Assembly: GCA_963714175.1 (NCBI GenBank)
Contig: CAVQNN010000003.1
Location: 1,029,795 to 1,093,794 of the forward strand
Reading direction: 5' to 3'
DNA from: an uncultured Actinomycetes bacterium
Lineage (GTDB): Bacteria > Actinomycetota > Thermoleophilia > RBG-16-64-13
Length of the DNA stretch: 64,000 nucleotides
Shown here: one piece after another, positions 19,656-29,699 of the stretch
Numbering within the stretch: position 1 is the first letter of the stretch
Layout of the letters: each line of letters starts with the position of its first letter
Translations under genes and position numbers: made by a program
Notes under the pieces: generated by a model
Database searches by the model: none
What the model was told of the DNA's origin: nothing
Seen by the model: the letters and a program-made list of their open reading frames with translations, nothing else

Positions 19656-20550
19656 ATGGACAATGAGACGCTGTATCTGAACGGCACATTCATGCCTCTT
19701 TCCGAGGGACGGGTGAGCGTCGAAGACCGCGGCTTTCAGCTCGGTGACGGCGTATACGAGGTCATCAAGGTCATGAACGGCCGCCTGGTGTGGGTGGACG
19801 AACATCTGGAGAGGCTGAGTCGCAGCTTGGTGGCTGTCAGCCTGGCTGGAGCCGTGAGCGCGGATCGTCTTGGCCAGGTACTCCCCGAACTGGTGAGCCG
19901 CTCGGAGGTAGACCACGGCATGGTGTACGTCCAGGTGACCAGGGGATTCGCTCCCCGCGATTTCGTGTTCCCGCAGCCCCCGCACCCGACGGTACTGGCA
20001 TATGCTCGCAGCAAGCCCGCGCCCGACGTCGCCGAGATCCTGGAAGGCACGGTTCTTCATCCTGTGGAAGACCTACGCTGGGCGAGATGCGACATCAAGT
20101 CCACGAATCTGCTGGCTGCGGTGCTCGCGAAGGAGGAGGCGCGCAGCGCGGGGGCGCACGAGGCTCTCTTCATGGCTCCAGATGGCGTGGTGCGCGAAGG
20201 GGGGTCGTCGAACGTCTTCGCCCTCATTGACGGCGTGTTGCGCACTCATCCTCTGAACAACCGCATCCTCGGGGGCATCACGCGCAAACACGCACTCGAG
20301 ATCGCCGTTCGGGAAGGCTACCAGGTCGAGGAGAGGGCCTTCACCTTGGCCGAGGTGGCCTCTCGGGCCCAGACGGGATGCGAGGTCTTCAGTGCCGCCA
20401 CCACCAAGGATATCGTCCCGGTGGTGAGGATCGGCGACCAGGTGGTGGGCAACGGCCAAGCCCGGTCCTGTGACCCTGGCTCTTCTTAACATCATGCGCC
20501 GGGAGCAGGCTCTCCTGGTAGGCCTGGAGCCCCCGCCCGCATTGACTTGA
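19656..20550 (+). CDS. dat: Class IV aminotransferase, D-amino-acid aminotransferase-like; 3' end frameshifted as assembled
   Basis: DRGFQLGDGVYEV, EGGSSNVF and GITR motifs. The ORF track stops at 20489, but a +1 shift near 20459 restores GNGQ|PGPVTLALLNIMRREQ..., ending with TGA at 20548-20550. Confidence 0.75.
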
Positions 20551-21490
20551 CCAAGGCCAGGTTGGCGGCATCGGGTCCGTGGCCCTCGCTCCCGGGGTCT
20601 CCAGGACGAAGGGGATCTGAGCCAGCGCCGGATGCCTGACCACCCGGGCCAGGCCCTCATACCCTATTTGTCCGTCGCCGGGGTTCTCATGGCGGTCCCG
20701 GTTGGAGGCAAAGGGGGCCGAGGAGTCGTTGAGGTGCATGAGCCCCGTGCGACTCAGAAGCCCTCTGCTGCTCGATTCCTCCATCAGAGAATCCAGTCCC
20801 TCGGCTTCGTGCAGCGGATACCCCGCGGCGAACATGTGGGCTGTATCCAGGCACAGGCCGGTCTCGAACGGCCGCTGCGACGACTGCGTCCGGCCCGAGC
20901 GCTTCCACCAGGGCGGCGAGCTCCTCGAGGCGGCTTCCAACGATCGTACCCGCGCCGGCGCCTGTCTCGAGCAGTAGGGGAGGGAGCGGTGGCTCGCATC
21001 CCAACTCGGCGAGCGATACGCGGGCGCCGTCCTTTGCCGCTTGGGTGGCTTCTGCCACGCGAGGGATGGCGTTCTCAAAGCCTTCGCCTCTGTGCGACCC
21101 CACGTGAGTGACCACGCCTGCTGCCCCAGCCAGAGCGCCTGTGACGAGGGCGTGGGAGAGAGCTTGGCCGGATCGCTCTCGGAGGCTCTCATCAGGTGAA
21201 GCGAGGTTGATCATGTAGACCGTGTGGAAGAAGAGCGGCAGGCGGAGTTCAGCCAGGACGGCGGCCAAGCCGGCCAGTTCCTCAGGGTCGGGGAGCCGGG
21301 TGGGCCACATCCTGGGATTGGAGCTGAAGATCTGCACCACCTCGGCACCTATTGCGATGGCCCTCGCGGGCACGGCAGCGAACCCACCCGCTGTGGAGAT
21401 CTGGGCCCCGATGAGAGGACGCGCGGCGCGAGCACCGTCGCTTTTCCCGGCCTGACGCCTGGTTGTGCGGTGTGTGGTCCCCTCTGTCAT
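20492..21490 (-). CDS. nfo: Endonuclease IV (AP endonuclease), two frame disruptions as assembled
   Basis: The IGAQISTAGG...HTVYMINLASP...THVGSH part is in ORF 20687..21490. LCLDTAHMFAAGY...HLNDS...DRHENPGDGQIG...FVLETPG is in ORF 20389..21192. The tail SEGHGPDAANLALVKSMR is in a third frame. Junctions near 20870 and 20598. Confidence 0.82.
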
Positions 21491-21716
21491 GCCATGCGAC
21501 CTTCGTGATCGGTGTTCCCCCGCCGAGGGTCAGCATATAGAATCGGAGCAGAGGCGCATAGAGACGGATCATATCGGGAAGGACCCCCCCGTGATGTCTT
21601 CGGCGCGAGCATGCGCCTAGCGCGGCCGCGATGGGGGGATCGCCGACGAGAGAGAACGCGGCAGGTACGCGGGCTCCGCGAACTCGTCGCGGCAGCGTAC
21701 GTGAGGTGAACGGAGG

Positions 21717-23094
21717 GTGGACGTGGTGCATAGGCTCTCGCTTGATATGCAGCGATGCTTGGCCGTTGGGAGTGACGCGGCGGGACTCACCCCCAAGATG
21801 CTCGAGCGGGCGCGGCCCCGCCTGGACGCTGCTCGCAACGCGGTGCTCGATGCGGAGGGCACCGGGATGTTGGGTTGGATGCGTCTCCCCCAACAGGATC
21901 CGGAGACGTTCCTGGATTTCGCGGCGCGAGAACGCGGGCAAGTATGAGTGCCTGCTCGTAGTCGGGATCGGTGGGTCGGCCCTGGGCACCACCGCCTCTG
22001 GCCACGGCCCTGCTGCCCTTCCGCTACAACGAGTTGAGACGCGAGGAGCGTGGGGGCAGACCCCGGCTCTACGTGCTCGACAACGTCGATCCCGACGAGA
22101 CCGCCGCGCTACTCCGCCGGCTGCCCCTGCGATCGCACCTTGGTCAACGTCATCTCCAAGTCGGGCACGACTGCCGAGACGATGGCCGGATACCTGGTGG
22201 TGCAGGAGCGCCTCAAGGCTGCTGTGGGCGCGGCGCGGCTGAAAGACCACCTGGTCTTCACCACCGATCCGACCGAGAGCGTGCTGCGCAAGATAGGAGA
22301 CTCTCTGGGGGTACGTGTGTTCGATCTTCCCCGCGGAGTGGGAGGGAGGTTCTCGGTCCTCTCCGCGGTGGGCCTGCTGCCGGCGGCGCTGACCGGGATG
22401 GACGTGGCCGGGCTGCTTGCCGGTGCGCGTGACATGGCTGACTGGATCGCGGAGACAGACGGGTGGGAAAACCCCGCCTGCGCTTTCGCCGGCGTCCAGT
22501 TCTTGGAGGACACGGGGCTCGGACGAGGCGTCAGCGTCATGATGCCGTACTCCGCCCGCCTGCGCGACGTGGCCGACTGGTACCGGCAGTTGTGGGGCGA
22601 GAGCCTGGGCAAGGAGATCGATCGACAAGGGCAGATGGTCAACACGGGGCCCTTGCCGGTCAAAGCGCTGGGGGTGACCGATCAGCACTCCCAATTGCAG
22701 CTCTACATGGAGGGCCCGGACGACAAGGTCATCACCTTCCTCGGAGTGCAGGAGTTCTCTGAGGATCTGGCTCATTCCAGCCCCGGGTCCCGAAGCGGAG
22801 GCTCTGGCGTATCTCGGCGGTCACACTCTGGCCGAGCTGATGTGGGCCGAGCAGCGGTCGACGGCTTGGGCCTTGGCAAAGAGGGGCAGACCCTCGCTGA
22901 CTATCACGCTGCCCAGGGTGGACGCTTTCTCAGTGGGAGCGCTTGTCTACATGCTGGAGATGGCGACTGCCATCGCCGGCGAGTTGTACGACGTCGACGC
23001 CTTCAACCAGCCGGGAGTGGAGCTGGGCAAGGAGGCCACCTACGCCATCATGGGGCGTCCGGGCTATCAGAGGCTGGCCGGCGAAATCACCTGA
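21717..23094 (+). CDS. pgi: Glucose-6-phosphate isomerase (short type), four +1 frameshifts as assembled
   Basis: The segments KYECLLVVGIGGSALG, LLPFRYNE...LYVLDNVDPDE, TLVNVISKSGTTAET...GGRFSVLSAVGLLP...VTDQHSQLQLYMEGP and LAELMWAEQ...FNQPGVELGKE lie in successive frames. Junctions near 21925, 21997, 22135 and 22773. Confidence 0.88.
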
Positions 23095-23125
23095 GAGCCT
23101 GCACTCCCCGTCTGATCTACTCGTG

Positions 23126-23218
23126 CCGCGCGGCCGAGGGGTATTCCCGCTGCGCTCACGCTCTCTGCACCGAGTACGGTGTCGCAAGGCTTCGCGGCAA
23201 TACCCCTCGGCCGCGCGG
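23126..23218. repeat. Perfect 20-bp inverted repeat (long hairpin) 30 nt downstream of pgi
   Basis: ccgcgcggccgaggggtatt (23126-23145) and its exact reverse complement aatacccctcggccgcgcgg (23199-23218), with a 53-nt spacer. There is loose sequence resemblance to the 4.9-kb and 41.6-kb repeat family. Confidence 0.75.
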
Positions 23219-23506
23219 GACCGGTATTCGAGTGGCGGGGAGCACGAAGCTGTCTCGCGCGATGTCAGGGGGTAACTCAGAGAAACCTGGTCGCAGTCGC
23301 GGGGGCAAGCCGTCACTGAGGCGAACGGACCGCCGTCGTCCGCCCACCCATGGCGATCTCGCGTCACTTTCTGTCAATCGGCATGGCGAAGTACTGGGAT
23401 GGACATCGTCCTCGACCGGGACCAACTCACGTCAGTGCGGGGTGTGTCTCAGAGAACCCTTTGGCGCCTCCAGTCTTCTTTGAGCGACCCCCTACTCAGA
23501 GCGCGA

Positions 23507-23577
23507 CAGCCTGTGCTCTCCGCGGAGGAGCCTCGTGAGTACCCGAACGTAAGCGACGGAGCGGAGAGTACAGGCTG
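23507..23577. repeat. 17-bp-stem hairpin in the pgi-dinB spacer
   Basis: cagcctgtgctctccgc (23507-23523) pairs with gcggagagtacaggctg (23561-23577), with one G-U pair and a 37-nt loop. Confidence 0.6.
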
Positions 23578-23596
23578 GAGCCGCCCCCCTTGGCGG

Positions 23597-23610
23597 CGAA
23601 CATTTGTTCG
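23597..23610. promoter_or_regulatory. LexA (SOS/Cheo-type) box CGAACATTTGTTCG overlapping the dinB promoter
   Basis: Perfect GAAC-N4-GTTC palindrome, 16 nt upstream of the dinB ATG. A -10-like TACTAT/TATATT lies at 23613-23621. Confidence 0.7.
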
Positions 23611-23625
23611 GGTACTATATTGCCC

Positions 23626-24839
23626 ATGGAAGCGCAGACGACATCCAGCAGGCCCGGCGTCGGCATCGTCATCCGTCCCAGGGCCGCTTACCGGGTCATA
23701 GCCCATCTCGATTTCGACGCCTTCTTCGCCGCCGTGGAGGAGAACCGAGATCCGTCGCTGCGGGGCAAGCCGGTCATCGTCGGGGGTGGCGAGCGGGGGG
23801 TGGTGTCCACCGCCAACTACGTGGCCCGGCGGTACGGGGTGCATTCGGCCATGCCTCTTCGCACCGCCAGGCGTCTCTGTCCCCATGGGGTGTATCTCAC
23901 CGGGCATCATCAGCTCTACTACGACTATTCCCGCCGTCTGATGGCCATGCTCGACCAGTACTCTCCTCTGGTGGAGCAGATGAGTCTCGATGAGGCCTAC
24001 GTCGATCTCACCGGCACCGAGAGGCTGTTCGGCCCACCGGTCCGGACGGCCCGGCTCATCCAGCAACGGGTGGCGGACGAGCTCAACTTGAGCATCTCCG
24101 TGGGGCTGGCCACGAACAAGCTGGTGGCCAAAGTGGCCTCCGACTATCGCAAGCCGGGCGGGTTCACGGTGGTCCCGCCGGGTAGAGAGGCGGAGTTCCT
24201 GGCGCCTCTGCCGGTGGAGCGGCTTGCCGGGAGTGGGCCCGGCCCTCCTGGAGCAGCTGCGCGACCGGGGCGTGAGCACCGTGGGCGATCTGGCCCGGGT
24301 GCCGCCGCATCTTCTGCGGCTTTCCTTCGGGGAATGGGGAGAAGCTGCTCGCTCACCGGGCCCGGGGCGAGGATCTGCGCCGGGTGACTCCTTATGAGGA
24401 GGTCAAGTCCATCTCTCGGGAGCACACCTTCGAAGAGGACGTCTCCGACGTGAGCCTGCTCGAGTCGACGCTGGTGTCGCTCACCGAGGATGTCTGCCGC
24501 CGTCTGCGCCGCAAGCGCTTGGAGGCGCGCACGGTGACGGTCAAGATCCGCTACTCCGACTTCGTCACCCACACCTGCTCGCACACTCTGTCCCGGCCCC
24601 TGGACGTGGACGAGGCGTTCTTCAAGGAGGTTCTGACTCTGTTCCGGCAGGGGCGTCGCCGGCGCTACCATCTGCGGCTGGTGGGGGTGGGGCTCAGCAA
24701 CTTGGTGCCGCGCGCCTGGCAGGACGACCTCTTCGACCAGGAGTTGCCGTTGCTCAGGGAGTTGGACCTCAAGCTGGATGCTATCCGGGAGAAATACGGC
24801 AAAGACGCCGTACGCCGGGGAGCGGCGCTCGCCGGCTGA
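23626..24839 (+). CDS. dinB: DNA polymerase IV (Y-family), two +1 frameshifts as assembled
   Basis: VIAHLDFDAFFAAVE, the SLDEAYVDLT catalytic motifs and KLVAKVASDYRKPGG are in ORF 23590..24387. VGPALLEQLRDRGVSTVGDLA is in a second frame, and the little-finger domain is in ORF 24384..24839. Junctions near 24232 and 24345. Confidence 0.88.
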
Positions 24840-24903
24840 GAGCGGCGTCTCGACATGGCTCCAGCCGGCGTGTCACGGCGGCCGTGGCTGCTGTCAGCGC
24901 TTG

Positions 24904-25687
24904 CTAGTCCGACCGGGCGTAGACGCGCACTTCCGAGAGGGCCGTATCCTCCCACTCCTCGCCGGCGTAGACCGAGACGATGGTGAACTTGACCCATTCC
25001 ACCGCTTGCCGAGTGGGGGTGATGGTCTGGAGGTTCCTCGGTGTCGAGCAGATCGACCAGTTGGGTGGTGCCGTTGGAGTACTCCACCTTCAGAGACTTG
25101 ACCCGAGGATTCCCCAGAAAGCGCTCCTCGTCCTTCTGGTAGCCGTTGGCGATCTCGATGCGCGCGAGCACCAGCTGCTGGGAGAACTCGAACTTGACCC
25201 ACTCGCCCAGACCGGGGCCCTCCGCTCCCTCGTTCCAGGCGGTGGTCAGGTCGCCGTCCACCAGGTTGGTGGCGCGGTAGTTGTCGGTGGAGGTGGCCTT
25301 CAGGGCCGAAGAGGACGTGACCGAGGTGGGCCGCACGAGGATGGAGCGCGTGTGGTCGATACGGTGCGCCGTGCCGCCACCCGTGTTCTCGGTCGTCACC
25401 GTGCCGATCGGTGGCGGTGGTGCCCGACTGCCCCTCGTAGGATCGAGCTCTTCGGTGGGCTCCAGCGCGCGTTGCACCACGACGTAGAGGACAAAGGTCA
25501 CGACGGCAAGGATAAGGAGCAGCGCGACACCCATCGCGGCACCGGCCGCCGTCACCCGCCGGCGCCTGCGCCTGGCTCCCCCGGGCGACTGCCCGTAGAG
25601 AGAGGCACCGCAACGACTGCAGAAGAGCGCCCGGGGCTCGTTGAGAGCCCGGCACTCGCTGCATCTGACGAAGTCTGTTGTGCTCAT
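24904..25687 (-). CDS. Zinc-ribbon / TM protein with C-terminal discoidin-like (F5/8-type-C, glycan-binding type) domain, frameshifted as assembled
   Basis: [19 protein letters not shown], then a TM segment, then [28 protein letters not shown]...IANGYQK. A +1 shift near 25035 restores ...[39 protein letters not shown]. Confidence 0.65.
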
Positions 25688-25785
25688 CGTCTCTGTGGGT
25701 TTCCCGCGTTCGGTGCGATTTCATGCGTTTGCCGGCGATCTGGGCCATTCTGGCCGGAGGGCAGGGTACGTTCCCGGGCCTCTGA

Positions 25786-25791
25786 TAGAAT
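25786..25791 (+). promoter_or_regulatory. -10-like TAGAAT (with upstream TG) ahead of the lsrF-like gene
   Basis: ctcTGaTAGAAT lies 45 nt upstream of ATG 25836. No clear -35. Confidence 0.35.
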
Positions 25792-25835
25792 CTGCAGAGT
25801 CCCTCTTTCAGCAAGCGCACCGCGGAGACGATCGA

Positions 25836-26721
25836 ATGGCCGACACCGACAGCCTCAAGGAAACCAAGGACTTCTACCTCGACGTGCCGTACCGGCACGA
25901 GGCCTTCTTCCTCAAAGGCTCCACCTCTCTCGACTGGGGCATGCAGAACCGTCTGGCTCGCATCTTCAACCCGGCATCAGGCCGCACCGTCATGCTGGCC
26001 ATCGACCACGGCTACTTCCAGGGTCCCACCTCGGGTCTGGAGCGGGTAGACGTCAACATCGTGCCCCTGGCTCCCTACGCCGACGCACTGATGCTCACCC
26101 GAGGCATTCTGCGCACGACCATCCCGTCCTCCTACGGCAAGGGCGTCGTGCTGCGGGCGAGCGGCGGCCCAAGCGTCCTCAAGGAGCTCTCCAACGAGCA
26201 GCTGGCCATGGATATCGAGGACGCCGTTCGGCTCAACGCGGCCGCGGTGGCGGTGCAGGTCTTCATCGGCGGCGAGTACGAGACCCAGTCGATCCACAAC
26301 CTCACCCGCCTGGTGGACATGGGCAACCGGTACGGCATGCCCGTGCTGGGCGTGACCGCCGTGGGCAAGAGCATGACCCGCGACGCCCGCTACTTCCGGC
26401 TGGCCTGCCGCATCGCCGCCGAGCTGGGCGCCCATTTCGTCAAGACCTACTACGTGGAAGAGGATTTCGAGACCATGACCGCCTCCTGCCCGGTGCCGAT
26501 CGTGATGGCCGGCGGCAAGAAGCTCCCCGAGCTCGACGCTCTCACCATGGCCTACAAGGCCGTGAGCGAAGGCGCAGCCGGCGTCGACATGGGCCGCAAC
26601 ATCTTCCAGTCCGACGCTCCCCTGGCCATGATCCAGGCCGTCAACAAGGTCGTCCACGAGGGCATGAAGCCGGCCGACGCGTACGAGTTGTTCAAGACGA
26701 TCCGAAGACGAGAAGAAGTAG
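25836..26721 (+). CDS. lsrF: LsrF-family class I aldolase / 3-hydroxy-5-phosphonooxypentane-2,4-dione thiolase-like
   Basis: Collinear with E. coli LsrF as I recall it ([34 protein letters not shown]...VLRASGG...[17 protein letters not shown]...[12 protein letters not shown]...[11 protein letters not shown]). The ORF track runs to 26870. A +1 shift near 26700 would give ...RSEDEKK* ending at 26721, so the 3' end is uncertain. Confidence 0.8.
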
Positions 26722-26772
26722 GTCCGGAGTGGGCGACGACGCTCGACCCGGCTGCGCTCCCTCTGCCCCACG

Positions 26773-27455
26773 GTGAGTGTGGGGATCCTGACCGCCGACC
26801 TGATGAACCTCGGCTCCGAACTGGCGCGTTCTGGAGCAGGCGGGAGTCGGGGTCGTCCACGTCGACGTGATGGACGGCTGCTTCTGTCCCCAGATGACGG
26901 TGGGTCCCTGGTACGTGAAGGGGCTGCGTACGCCCCTGCTCAAGGACGTGCATCTCATGGTGCACGAGCCGCTGGACAAGCTCGGCGCCTACGTGGCGGC
27001 CGGCGCCGACATCATCACCGTGCACGTGGAGGCGGCGGTGCACATCCACCGGGTGCTGCAGCGTCTGGGCGACCTGGAGCACGTCGCCGGGGCGGACCGG
27101 GGGATCGTGCGCGGGCTGGCTCTCAATCCCGGCACTCCCCTGGAGTGGCTTTCGCCGCCCTTGCTGGATCGAGGTGGAGATGATCTCGCTCCTGGCGGTC
27201 GACCCGGGATGGAGCGGGCAGAAGTTCGCTCCCACCACCTGTGCGCGGGTCGCGCGGGTCAAGGAGATCATCGCGGCCTCAGGCAGGGACATCCTGGTGT
27301 GCGTCGACGGTGGCATCACCCGGGACAACATCGCGGAGGTGGCGGCGGCGGGCCCGGACCTCGTCGCGACCGGCAGCGCCGTGTTCGACGGCAAGTCGGC
27401 CGAGGCGAACGCCCGGTTCATGCTGGAGGCCGTGCGTCGCCGTCCGGCGAACTGA
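26773..27455 (+). CDS. rpe: Ribulose-phosphate 3-epimerase family protein, two +1 frameshifts as assembled
   Basis: [19 protein letters not shown] | [26 protein letters not shown]...DVHLMV...[11 protein letters not shown]... | [17 protein letters not shown]...VCVDGGI. Junctions near 26833 and 27170. Confidence 0.82.
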
Positions 27456-27473
27456 CGGAAGGTAGGAGGGCTG

Positions 27474-29663
27474 ATGCGGTCGAGGTGGTCGGAAGAAGAG
27501 GCCGCTGGGTTCGTGGCCCGCTACGGCGCCCGAGTGGGGCGAAGCCACTCGCTCTCCGCACCTACTCCAGCACGGCTGCTGGGAGCCGAGCCGGAGCTGG
27601 TGCTGCATGGCGGGGGCAACTCCTCGGTCAAGGCCTCGCTGGACCAACGTGTTCGGCGCAGGAGCTATCCGCGATCTTCGTCAAGGCCTCGGGTGTCGAC
27701 ATGGCGACCATCGAACCGGCCGGACATCCGGGGCTCGATCTCGACTACCTGCGCCGTCTGCGCGTGCTGCGCGAGATGGACGACGGCGAGATGGTGGAGC
27801 AGCTGCGCACCCACCTGCTGCGCGCCGACAGTCCCACTCCTTCCATCGAGACTCTGGTGCACGCCTTCCTGCCCGGCGCCTACATCGATCACACCCACGC
27901 CGATGCCATCCTGGCTCTCACCAACCGTGACGACGGCGGCACCGCGGTCAAGGAGGCCCTGGGCGACGACGTGATCGTGCTGCCGTACGTCACGCCCGGT
28001 TTCAAGCTGGCTCTGGCGGCGGCGAGAGCGCTCGAGGCTCACCCCGGTGCCTGGGGCATGGTGTGGGCGCATCACGGCGCTGGTGACCTGGGGCGAGACC
28101 GCTCGGGAGTCGTACGAGGTGATGATCGACCTGGTCTCGCGCGCGGAACGGTATCGTGGCGGCGAGCCGGACCAAGCCCGGCGCTGCGCCCGCCGCGGGC
28201 CGGCCCCTGGTGGCAGTCCAGTCCACCTGCCAGACCGCGCTGGATGCGCGCCTGGCCCAGGTCGCGCCCATCCTGCGCGGCCTGCTGGCCGAGCGGACCG
28301 GCGACTGCGATCGTCCCTACCGGCGAGTGGTGCTGCAGTCGCTCACGGGGCCGGAGATCCTGGCGGCGCTGGCCGCCCCGGGCGCGCGCGAGGCCTTGGT
28401 GACGCCCGCCGCTCACCACCGATCATCTGATCCGCACCAAGGCGCTGCCTCTGTGGGTGGAGGATCTGGCCTACGACGACCCGGAAGTGCTCCGGACTCA
28501 ACTGGAGTCGGCGGTCCGTGGACTACTGCGACGACTACGAGGCCTATCTGGCGCGGCACGCAGGCGCGATGCCCGAGGGGATGGAGCCGTTCGCTCCCTA
28601 TCCGCGGGTGGTCATGATCCCCGGTCTGGGCGTGTTCTGCGCGGGCCCCGACCTGCGCGACTCCGTCATCGCGCGGGATATCACCGAGCACACCCTCGCG
28701 GTGAAGGCGTCGATCCTGGCCGGGGACTCGCCGTACAAGGGACTGCCGGAGGCGGAGTTGTTCCGCATGGAGTACCGGACCCTGCAGCACGCCAAGCTAC
28801 GGACGGGCGGCGGACTGCCGGCCGCCGCGGCGTCGGAAGCGCAGCGCGCTCACACGCCGCTTCGCGGGCACGTGGCTCTGGTCACGGGCGCGGCCGGCGC
28901 CATCGGGACCGGCATCTGCCAGGGCCTGCTCGGAGGCCGGGTGCCTGGTGGCCGCCACCGATCTGGCCGGGGCTCCCCTGGACGCTCTGGTGCAAGACCT
29001 GGAGAGCGCATTTCCCGGCAGGATCATCGGGGTGCCGCTGGACGTGACCGACCCGACCTCGGTCTCGGCGGCCTTCGACTGCGGTGGCCCGCACCTGGGG
29101 CGGCGTCGATCTGGTCATCCCCAACGCCGGCGTGGCCATGGTGGCCTCGCTCACCGATCTCACCCTCGAGCGCTACCGCAAGCTCGAGCAGGTGAACGTG
29201 GAGGGGACGCTGCTGGTGCTGGCGGAGGCCGCCCGGCTGTTCAGGCGCCAGGCGACCGGCGGGGACATCGTCCTCGTCTCGACCAAGAACGTGTTCTCTC
29301 CCGGGAGCGAACTTCGGGGCCTACAGCTCCACCAAGGCGGCGGCGCACCAACTGGCCCGCATCGCCAGCCTGGAACTGGCCGCCGACGACGTGCGGGTGA
29401 ACATGGTGGCTCCCGACGCGGTCTTCTCCTGCGGCACCTGCCGCTCCGGGCTGTGGGCGGAGGTGGGTCCCGACCGGATGAAGGCGCGGGGTCTGGACGA
29501 GGCCGGGCTGGAGGCCTACTATCAGAGCCGAAACCTGCTCAAGGCCCAGGTCACGGCGGCGCATGTGGCGAATGCGGTGCTCTTCTTCGCCACGCGGCAG
29601 ACACCCACCACCGGGGCCACCATCCCCGTGGACGGCGGCCTGCCCGATTCGACGCCTCGCTGA
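27474..29663 (+). CDS. Bifunctional class II aldolase / short-chain dehydrogenase (YuxG/RhaEW-like), 12 +1 frameshifts as assembled
   Basis: Aldolase part: LALRTYSSRLLGAEPELVLHGGGNSSVKAS, FVKASGVDMATIE, PSIETLVHAFLP, DHTHADAILALTN, PYVTPGFKLA, TWGETARESYE. SDR part: VALVTGAAGAIGTG, NAGVA, YSSTKAAAHQLAR, IPVDGG. The segments step through frames 0,1,2 four full times. Three shifts fall within 27540-27572. Confidence 0.8.
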
Positions 29664-29699
29664 GCAGACCGTTGATGTTAGGAGGAAGCATGGTTCGCT

